IMG/VR virus record: IMGVR_UViG_3300042519_000334
Coordinates: 1-61,636 of that record
Source: a virus
Taxonomy: Duplodnaviria > Caudoviricetes
DNA length: 61,636 bases
Strand: one strand, 5' to 3'
Position 1 is the first letter of the stretch. Every line of letters begins with the position of its first letter. Below the pieces are notes generated by a model. The model was not told where the DNA came from and did not search any database. It was given only the letters and a program-made list of their open reading frames with translations. Of this stretch, positions 8,916 to 17,900 are shown one piece after another. Both the position numbers and the translations under genes were made by a program.

Positions 8916-10686
8916 GAATTTTGCTGAACACCTAGGTTGGGAAATCGGTGTAGACTTCCCAGATTGGGGTAACACGGAGGAGTACGTAAAGACTATATCT
9001 CGTGGTTACTTAATCAACAACGAGAAGCCTCGTGATGCCTACTGGCGTGTCGCTAATGCGGCAGCTAATCGACTTAATCGTGCTGATTTAGCTCCTAAGT
9101 TCTTTGAGTACATCTGGAACAACTGGCTCGGTTTGGCCACCCCTGTGTTAGCTAATATGGGGACAGACCGTGGACTGCCAATCTCTTGTTTCGGTGTCGA
9201 TGTGGGTGACAGCATCCACGACATCGGTATGAAGAATCTCGAGACTATGCTGCTTGCAAAGCACGGTGGAGGTGTGGGTATTGGAGTTAATATGCTGCGT
9301 GCGGCAGGCTCTCCTATCTCCAATAGCAACGGCACAACTGATGGTGTAGTTCCATTCTGTAAGATTTACGATTCTACAATTCTTGCTACATCGCAAGGCA
9401 ACGTGCGTCGTGGTGCGGCATCAGTTAACCTAAACATTGAGCACGGAGACTTCTGGGAGTGGATTGAAATCCGAGAGCCAAAAGGTGACGTGAACCGTCA
9501 ATGTCTAAACCTGCATCAGTGTGTTGTTGTGTCCGATAAGTTTATGCGTAAGCTTCAAGACGGAGACGACGAGGCACGCCGACGATGGTCTAAGGTCATC
9601 CAGAAGCGTAAGGCTACAGGTGAGCCATACATTATGTATCGTGGCAACGTAAACAAGCAGAACCCAGAGATGTACAAGCACAACGGGCTGAAGGTCTTTA
9701 TGACTAACATCTGCTCTGAGATTACGTTGTACACTGACGAATCACATAGTTTCGTTTGCTGTCTATCTTCACTCAACCTCGCTAAGTACGATGAGTGGAA
9801 GGACACTGACGTAGTATACTATTCCACGTTCTTCTTGGACGGTGTGTTAGAGGAGTTCATCCAGAAAGCCAAGAATATGAAGGGCTTCGAAAATTCGGTT
9901 CGCTCCGCTGAAAAGGGACGGGCACTTGGTCTGGGCGTACTCGGATGGCATACTTACTTGCAGCAACGTGGAATCCCATTCGAAGGATTGCAGTCTCAGA
10001 TTGAGACACGCAGAATCTTCTCGCACATTAAGATGGAGTCTGAGCGTGCTAGCCGTGATATGGCCAAGCTGTTCGGGGAGCCATTATGGTGTCGTGGATT
10101 CGGTATGCGTAACACGCACCTTCGAGCTATCGCCCCAACTGTTTCTAATTCTAAGCTTAGCGGAAACGTGAGCGCAGGAATCGAACCGTGGGCTGCTAAC
10201 GTATTCACCGAGCAATCCGCTAAGGGTACATTCATTCGTAAGAACCCAACACTTGAGAGGGTACTTCGTCGAGTTGGAATCAACAACAAGGAGACTTGGG
10301 ACCAGATTCTAGCCGATGGTGGTTCAGTTCAGAACATCAGTGGACTCGACGGTTGGTTTTATCAGAAGGGTAAGCTTGTGTCTCAAGAGGACCTAGACCC
10401 TATGATTGACAGCGTAACTGTTAAGGATGTGTACAAGACGTTCAAGGAAATCAATCAGTTGGACCTAGTGTATCAAGCTGGCATTCGTCAGCAGTACATC
10501 GACCAGTCTGTGTCGTTGAACTTAGCATTCCCAACAGAGGCTACACCAAAGTGGATTAACCAAGTCCATATGGAGGCGTGGAATCAAGGAATCAAGACCT
10601 TGTACTATATGCGTACAGAGTCAGTTCTTCGTGGAGATATTGCAGTGCAAGCTATGAATCCTGACTGTTTGAGTTGCGATGGCTAG
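8908..10686 (+). CDS. nrdA: Ribonucleotide reductase class Ia alpha subunit
   Basis: PISCF, GGGVG, TNICSEI, AIAPTVS, KTLYY and C-terminal CLSCDG. Confidence 0.97.
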   Translation: MSKNFAEHLGWEIGVDFPDWGNTEEYVKTISRGYLINNEKPRDAYWRVANAAANRLNRADLAPKFFEYIWNNWLGLATPVLANMGTDRGLPISCFGVDVGDSIHDIGMKNLETMLLAKHGGGVGIGVNMLRAAGSPISNSNGTTDGVVPFCKIYDSTILATSQGNVRRGAASVNLNIEHGDFWEWIEIREPKGDVNRQCLNLHQCVVVSDKFMRKLQDGDDEARRRWSKVIQKRKATGEPYIMYRGNVNKQNPEMYKHNGLKVFMTNICSEITLYTDESHSFVCCLSSLNLAKYDEWKDTDVVYYSTFFLDGVLEEFIQKAKNMKGFENSVRSAEKGRALGLGVLGWHTYLQQRGIPFEGLQSQIETRRIFSHIKMESERASRDMAKLFGEPLWCRGFGMRNTHLRAIAPTVSNSKLSGNVSAGIEPWAANVFTEQSAKGTFIRKNPTLERVLRRVGINNKETWDQILADGGSVQNISGLDGWFYQKGKLVSQEDLDPMIDSVTVKDVYKTFKEINQLDLVYQAGIRQQYIDQSVSLNLAFPTEATPKWINQVHMEAWNQGIKTLYYMRTESVLRGDIAVQAMNPDCLSCDG

Positions 10687-10819
10687 ACCTTGTAGTAATC
10701 ACGCTCGTGAACTGGATTGGGCCGAAGAAGAGGAGGCGCTAAATAAGCGTATCGACATCATCGGTCAGAACGGAAACACTGGGGAACACTACCCTGAGTA
10801 CGAGCAGTACGATAAATAG
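10679..10819 (+). CDS. Small phage protein, 46 aa, with RIDIIGQNGNTGEHY motif; not in ORF track
   Basis: ATG overlaps the nrdA end; the motif is recalled from other small phage proteins. Confidence 0.6.
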   Translation: MARPCSNHARELDWAEEEEALNKRIDIIGQNGNTGEHYPEYEQYDK

Positions 10820-10936
10820 TGGGCTAATTGAATGTTCATAAGCTTCGGATGTCTTCGAAGTAATGGGCTATCCTCCCTCGTAGGGCAACACTGTTTCAAT
10901 TTAAGCCCATAAAGAGTATTTACAGTTAAGGATAGC
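10820..10936 (+). ncRNA. Candidate pseudoknotted RNA upstream of tRNA-Arg
   Basis: Nested stems 10820-10836/10887-10909 plus crossing pairing GCTATCCT (10867-74) with AGGATAGC (10929-36). Confidence 0.5.
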
Positions 10937-10965
10937 AAAGACTGACCACTCGGAAAGACGAGTAT

Positions 10966-11039
10966 GTCCCCATAGCTCAACTGGACAGAGCAACGCACTT
11001 CTAATGCGTAGGTTGCAGGTTCGACTCCTGCTGGGGATA
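10966..11039 (+). tRNA. tRNA-Arg (anticodon TCT)
   Basis: Acceptor GTCCCCA/TGGGGAT, D arm GCTC..GAGC, anticodon arm ACGCA-CTTCTAA-TGCGT, T arm GCAGG-TTCGACT-CCTGC; CCA not encoded. Confidence 0.95.
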
Positions 11040-11042
11040 CTA

Positions 11043-11073
11043 TTGCGTATGTCGACTACGCTTACTATCTTTG
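11043..11073 (+). promoter_or_regulatory. Bacteroidota-type promoter
   Basis: TTG at 11043 and TATCTTTG at 11066-11073. Confidence 0.7.
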
Positions 11074-11097
11074 TAAACAACTGTAGAATAGTTGATT

Positions 11098-11307
11098 ATG
11101 AAGACGTGCAATAAGTGTAAGCAAGAACGACGCAATGAGTTCTTCGCTTGGAAGAACAAAGAAGAAGGCTTACGCCACTCTACCTGCAAATTCTGCTACG
11201 CGGAGTTCTCTCGTCAGTGGAGAAAGAAGCGCAAGCAAGAGTTTGAAGAAGAGGTGAACTCACCTACCTTTTGGGAGCGAGTTGTCTCTTTCATTACAGG
11301 TTCCTAA
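11098..11307 (+). CDS. Small zinc-finger protein
   Basis: CNKC...CKFC, resembling the zinc-binding N-terminus of phage HNH/EndoVII proteins. Confidence 0.7.
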   Translation: MKTCNKCKQERRNEFFAWKNKEEGLRHSTCKFCYAEFSRQWRKKRKQEFEEEVNSPTFWERVVSFITGS

Positions 11308-11386
11308 GCAATTGTAGCGACACTCAGTAGGTCTTACTGAGCAGTACCGAATAGGCCCCTCATAGTGGGGCTCTTCGTGTTTGGGC

Positions 11387-11527
11387 CTAACCCTGCCCAC
11401 GACTCAACTTCTTGTATAACTTAGAAGATTTGAGTTGTGAGTTTTTAGTTTTGGCGTGTACTCCGGGACGCTTTCTCTTTGGCTTTGCTTGGAATACAGC
11501 AGCAGTTTGCGCTTTTAGTTTTGCCAT
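11387..11527 (-). CDS. Small basic protein, 46 aa (KRPGVHAK...RGQG); not in ORF track
   Basis: Abuts the stop of the lipoprotein gene; highly basic. Confidence 0.7.
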   Translation of the reverse strand: MAKLKAQTAAVFQAKPKRKRPGVHAKTKNSQLKSSKLYKKLSRGQG

Positions 11528-11953
11528 CTATTTGGTGAATCTGTATATGAACATCATTATAACAAGCGCTGAAGCTAAGAACACAAGTAAATAATTCTTT
11601 ACTTTGTCCGCCATACCAACGCTCTTCTCGACAAACTGAGGAGGGCAGTCTACCTGCACCTCTCTTGGGACTTCAATTTCCTTGACTTTCGTTTTAACGA
11701 TAATCTTGTCTTGGAACTTCGTGATTACGACACGAACAGTATCGTTGTCTATTACCGATGAATCTCCTGCCTCTGGGACGCTTACTGTGTCAACCAGATA
11801 TACTGGTGGAGTCACAATCGTATCCCATATCGTAACAACCGTGGGCTTCAAAATCGAAGGGTCTTTCTGGACCGCTTTCTTTAGATGCCATCCTGCTGAG
11901 CATCCACTGAGCAAAAGGACTGATAGACAAATCAAACATAACTTATTGAACAT
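11528..11953 (-). CDS. Lipoprotein with C-terminal TM helix, spanin-like
   Basis: Lipobox LLLSG-C and a C-terminal hydrophobic helix give unimolecular-spanin-like topology. Confidence 0.6.
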   Translation of the reverse strand: MFNKLCLICLSVLLLSGCSAGWHLKKAVQKDPSILKPTVVTIWDTIVTPPVYLVDTVSVPEAGDSSVIDNDTVRVVITKFQDKIIVKTKVKEIEVPREVQVDCPPQFVEKSVGMADKVKNYLLVFLASALVIMMFIYRFTK

Positions 11954-11970
11954 AAGCAAATTTACGAATT

Positions 11971-14900
11971 TTACTTCTTTCTTAATCTGTCGTACTCGTA
12001 CTTGAACTTAGCAGAGAAACTGTATCCAGACTCTTGATAGATTTGTTTTCTAAGGTCTAGTAGCTCATCATCGCTCATATCTCCGTAAAGCAAGTAAACT
12101 TTTTTCGCTCTAGCTTCTTCATCTTTTGAGTATATAATCTCATTAGTATTTTGAGACGCTGAACGCTTCTTAGCAGCAGTTAAGAACGAATCTCTATAGT
12201 ACATTGCATCAACAACATTAGACTTCTTAACTTCTTCCACTTGAAGCTTAGCCTTATTAAGGATAGCTTTTTTATCAGCTTCAGTTTCAGCTTTAATGTA
12301 ATCCAGACCAAGTTCCTGAGCTGAGTCTCTAATTTTCATACGCTTACTTCCTGACTCTTGGTCGATACGCATAAGGTCTTCCTTTTGATTGTATACCTTC
12401 CAGTCTGGGTTTGTCTCACCCCATAGGGATTTACTTACCGACATTCCATTTTTTCCAAGAGCAGCTACGACTTTAGATGCGGCTGACTTGCTTTCTGCGG
12501 CAGACATATCATTGTCGAGTGGCACAACTGATGTAATAATATCTAGCAGTCCGTATGTAGCACCAACAACTAACGACGAGCTTGGGCTAGTTATAACTTT
12601 CTCAACTGACGCCTTAAGTCGAGCAGGTGATACACCGCTCTTCTCTCCAGTGGTTAACTCTTGAAGCTCCCCAGTAACCTTTCCGATAACTTTGTAGAAT
12701 CTCTCTACATTGGGGTCATTGATGCCCTCGTCCATAGGTAGAATCTCGTTGAAGTCCATAGTGACAGCACGGTCCCTGAATAGGTCGTAGTTGGTTAGAT
12801 AGGTCAGCGCCATACTGATAGATGGGACTGATGATGTAATCTCAGACAGTGATGCTCCAGTAGGCATAGCACTCTTAACAGAGTTTAACGCATAACCAAG
12901 CAAGTCATCAGACGGAGAATACTTATCGTTACCCGTAATAGATGCAAGAGCATAACCATTCATAATGTCCATCAGTGCGAAGAATGGGACCATCTGTTGT
13001 GGCTTAGCAATCTTTATGTATGCCCTTCTCTCTTTGCCCTTCTCGTCAGTGTACTTGGTTGGAAGCATAATAATGAAGTAGCGAAGCTTAACTTCATCTG
13101 GAATTTCATCCATATCGTCATCACCTACGAGAGCATTAACCATAGCAAGTATCATCATACCAGCCTGAGCCTGCAAGAACTTAGAAGCAAACTTTTTTGG
13201 GTTGGCTCTAATGTAGTCAGCAGATACTCTGAAGCCTTGGAAGGCAGAGTTGATGTATGGCTTGAATACCTCAAGTCCCTTAGTAAGGTTACCTCCTTGA
13301 GCGAAGTCAATGATAGAACGAGCTTTGTTTACTGCCTTAGCCTTGATTAGTTCTAGGTCGTCACCAGTAGGCTCCTGACCGTACTTGCTTTCAAACTCAG
13401 CTGCTGCGTCGTCTCTGAATTTCTTGTATACAGCTACACGGAATCCAACTTCGGAAATCTCACCTATACTAGACAGTCTGTCTACGAACTTATCCAGCTT
13501 GCCCTTGTCTGCTCGGAGTGAACCCGGACGGCCATCAGTTGATAGGAAGTCCATACCGCCACCCATCTCCATATATTCTTGGAAGTACTTGTCGTCAGCC
13601 TTAAACGACTTAACTCCCTTAAGGAAATCCCTCATAAGGTTGTACGAACCAAAGTAGATATTCTGATTATCGTAAACATCAGTGAAGAACAAGATGTGTC
13701 CGAAGTCACGAGGTAAGTTCCTCACAATGAACAATGGGTTGGCACGTGTAGCCAATAGCTTCAACAGTGCAGAACCAGTGATGTAACTGATTGCCTTAGT
13801 TGTCTTAGGTCCAAACTCTAAGAGTCTGTTGGCTCCATCCCACTCACGCTTAAGGTCAGTACGAAGCTGGAACTTGGACTGCGCGCCATTCTCGTAGAAA
13901 TATACAGTCTCAAAACCAGTTGACGCATCACCGCTAGGGTCTTGCGGTTTCACCCACTCCCTATTTGTGTTATCTAGGGCAGCCTTAAACAACGCCTTAT
14001 TTGCTCGGTTCTTTAGGATTCTAGACGATGCTGAGGCAGCGTATGCAGCAAGCAAGAATCTAGAGTCCATAATCGTATCGTCAGCACTACCTTCTCTGAT
14101 GGCCTTAACTTGGTCTCCACTCAATCCGTAATCACGTACTGATACATCGTTATCACCGAAGTCAAATGCGTGGTTCAGGAACACACGTGGAGAGTAGTCA
14201 AAGTCTTTAATCTTGTCGTACAACTCTTTAGTGATGAGACCATTCTTGTATACGTCGTCAAGGATGCTTCTAAACTCAGCGAAGTATGCATCAGCACGCT
14301 TGTTAAGCTCCTCGAAGTTTGCAACTTCTCTAGATAGTCTGCTAAGTTCTGCAATCGCTCCCTCTTTGTCGATGTATGAATTGTTCTTTCTATCCTGAGT
14401 GTGGCGAGGACGATTCGTTTCAGCAAGCAAACCTTGAAGTCTCTCGAATTCAGCAGTTGCTTTCTCGAGTTCAGCCTTAAGCTTATTCTTCTTCTCTACG
14501 TTTACGTTGCTAGCTAGCGATGCCACTCTAGATGAGGCATAGTCCATATCGACCTTAGCCTGAGCCAACTGCTCGGTAATACTAGCTCTCCTGTCGTCAA
14601 ACGACTGGTCAACCTCGATTACACGACGAAGGAATACAATCTTATTGAGAGCCTTAACGGCATCCTCAGATAGTCCTCCGAAAATCTTTCTATCGGCTTT
14701 GTTTACAGAATACTTTGCACGAGCACTTGCTCCAGCCTTGTTCACAAGAAAATCATAGGCTCCGTCAACTCTTGCGTTCAGAAGCTCACGCTTGATGTTA
14801 GACTGCCTATCAAACAGTGCATTGCGAAGCTTTCTTACATTGAATACGCTCTTGTACCAAGGCTCTTCGTAAACCCTGTCCTCGAACTGCTTGTAGATGT

Positions 14901-17900
14901 TGTCAATGTTTGCGGCAGCAACTCTCTTGGGTCCCATACTGCCGTCCAAGAAGTCATTGTATACTTCTCTAGCTGAGTAGTCAGATACTCCGAGCTGAGA
15001 CATTAGGTTAACAAACTCATCCTCAGAGATGCGAGGCACGAGTCTTCCATTAGTATAATCAGATACACTCTTTAGGTAATCGTACTCGTTGCCTCCAGCT
15101 TGCAGGCGGCTCATACCTTTCTGCATAGCCTCTGGAGTAATCGTGAATCCGAAGTTGCGAAGAGTCTCTACTACCTTTTTGAATGTTTCTGGACTCCAAG
15201 CGTTCAAGTAGTGAATCTTGTGGACTCTATCTACCTTATATCCATCGTCAGTAAACAGTTTTGCATCCTCGCTACCTTTCTTCTTGGTGTGGTCAGCGAA
15301 TCGAACCTCAAATGTTCTAGCAATCTCCTTGTCTGCGTCTCCACCTTTAAACTTTAAGTATCTACCAGAGCTTGCGTCTGAGTCATTCTTTACTACATCA
15401 GTGTACTCGAGCAAGAAGCGCATATTCTTCTTTGGCTCGTTCTGTAGCGAGTTATAGATTGCGTTAAACGCATTGAAGGAGTTAAGGTTAGACTTGTCTA
15501 CAAGCTGATATTTCTCCTTAAGCTTGGCTTTGTTGCTTATTTTTTCTTCGGCTTCGGAAAGAAGTCGATGTAGGTTTTCCCAAGATTTTCCTTTGTAGCG
15601 TTGCGAATTCCGTGCTTCGCCAATAATTCGTCCATAGTCAGACTCTTGGATGAATCTGACGTCGGCTTGTTGGGTTGTGAGTTCTGCATCTTTAGTTAGA
15701 TTGTTTTCTTTTACGAAGTTAAAGAACTTGCTTATGTTTTCCAAGTATTCATCAAGAGAAAGTCCCCAAGATTCTATTTGAGTATTCCAAGCGAATGATA
15801 TTCTGTTCTTTCCTGACTCGATGGTGTACGAGAATCCAGCGTTGAGACCCATCTCGTCAATCTTGTCGAGTAGTGACTTCTGAGCCTTAGTCTCAAGGTT
15901 GATTTCAGTGAGAAGACCAGTTCCTTTCTCGTCTACTCTTGAGATGAGTGCTGAGTTTTGAATCTCTTTAGCCAATGCCCCGTTAAGTGCCGCAATCAGT
16001 TCAGCATCATCCATAGAGATAGAAGCTTCAATTCGACTTGAAGTCTCTACGGTAACTCTACCTGTTTCGAAGTTTCTGTATCCACCGATGTTATCGTACT
16101 GCTTGATTGTCTCAGCGAGGTTAGGGTCGAAAGCATCTACGATTCTAGTCTGCTCTTTCTTTAGGGCCACGTATGCTTCATCACTCTTAAATGCGGCCTT
16201 AGCTTCATCTACGTTTGTAATCTTAGTCTCAACATATGGCGCGGCACTGATTGAGAACGCCCTAAGGCTGTTAGCAACCTTAGCTTTACGTCTAACCTCA
16301 GTAATGGCTTGAGCTTGCTCTTCTTTGGTTCTAGTACTCTTTTTAGACTTAGCAGAACTCACATACATAGAGCCAGCAACAGATGTGGCAACAGACGTAG
16401 GGCTACCCGAGGCAGAAACAAACTGTTGCTCTGAAAATATCTTATCTACGTAATATTTACCATCAAGTAAGAATGGGTCCTCACCGTGGAACTTACTGTT
16501 GAACTGCGGGTGTACGAATTTACCATCCTTACTCTTAGACAGGTATTCTTGTGCGCCCATATACGGGTCATTCACAAAGAACCCACTCAATGAGTACCCA
16601 CTGTCTCCGTCACCCTTAAGGTTGTCAACGATATTCTTATCTAAGTACTCGCTAAAGAACGCCTTATTATTGAATCCAGCTCTAAGTAGTGCATTTCTAG
16701 CAGCTGCGCCCGGACCAGATACCGCCTGTACTCCCGGGATGAAATTCTCAAGGAAATCACGACGAGTCTTGAAGTCCATCTTATCGTTTGAAGAAACCAA
16801 GCGCTGTAGCGCATCGTGTCCTTCTTTAGTCGTGAAGTCACTGCTTTGAACAGCTTCAGAAAGCATTCTAATCTTTTTGATTGTAGCTTGTCTGATGGCC
16901 TTGTTTTTCTCGTAATCGCTTTTGCCTTCCTTGCTGGCGATGTTCTTCTCAAGCTTGGCCACTTCCTTCTCAACGAAGTCGTTAAGCGAGCTCTTGAATT
17001 CTGACTGAGAAATATCTCCAGACTCAATAGCCTTAGAGATTCCATCAGCAAAGAACTTAGCCCCGTATGCGTTACCAAAGGCAGCACCCGGAGATTGAAT
17101 CATAACGAATACAGATACTGGCTTTCCAACGTGTTCTGGATTAGAAGCATCTCGCTCTTCGGCTACACGCTTGATAAGGTCACCGAGCTCAGTAACCTTG
17201 TTATCCGCCGATGCAGCGAAGCCAATTTTATCGTCAATGTTCTGCTTGATAAATGAGTATCCAAAACCTCCGTAAACATCTTGACCGTCAGCCGCGTGAC
17301 GGATGGCTGTTCCGTCTGAGTTGATGATTACGAATGCACCGCCTGAACGCTCAAGGACAGAGTCCATAGATAGTTTGTCTTTAACATCGACAACCTCTAC
17401 GTTCTTAGGCATTTCATCATTGAACGAGATATCTACAGGCGTGAACTGCTGCTTCTTATTTGTGGGTCCTCCATCGTATACGCCTCGTGCTATTACAGAG
17501 CCGAGCTCTAGGTCTTCCACGTTAACTGCTACACCACCGCCAAGCGAGTTAGAGATTGAACGCATAGCATCAATCAGTTGGGCGCTAGTGGGGGCTACAT
17601 TGAACTTAGTGCCGAGAAACTTATTGATTATCTCAAGGAACTTAGTGGCGAGCGAGCGCTTAACCTCAATGTCAATCTGATTTGACGCAATGAGTGATGA
17701 CAGCTCAGTAACAAACTCATCGTCTAGTTCTGCCTCAGAAGCACCCATAGCTTGATACTTCTCAATGAAGTTACCCATATACTGGGTAAGCGCCTTGTCT
17801 TTGAGTATAGCACTACGAAGCGTCTTAGCTAACTTCTTGGTCCCTTCTACTCCGAGTATATCTGGTGCTACTTCGTGGACTGCTTCGTGGTAAACAGTGT

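Noticed and set aside
7609-10686. Introns or inteins in nrdA, nrdB, helicase or terminase
   Set aside because: The ORFs are continuous and of ordinary length with no splicing motifs
11323-11376. Hairpins CTCAGTA/TACTGAG and GCCCC/GGGGC as an ncRNA
   Set aside because: They sit where the two transcription arms converge and are adequately explained as termination structures
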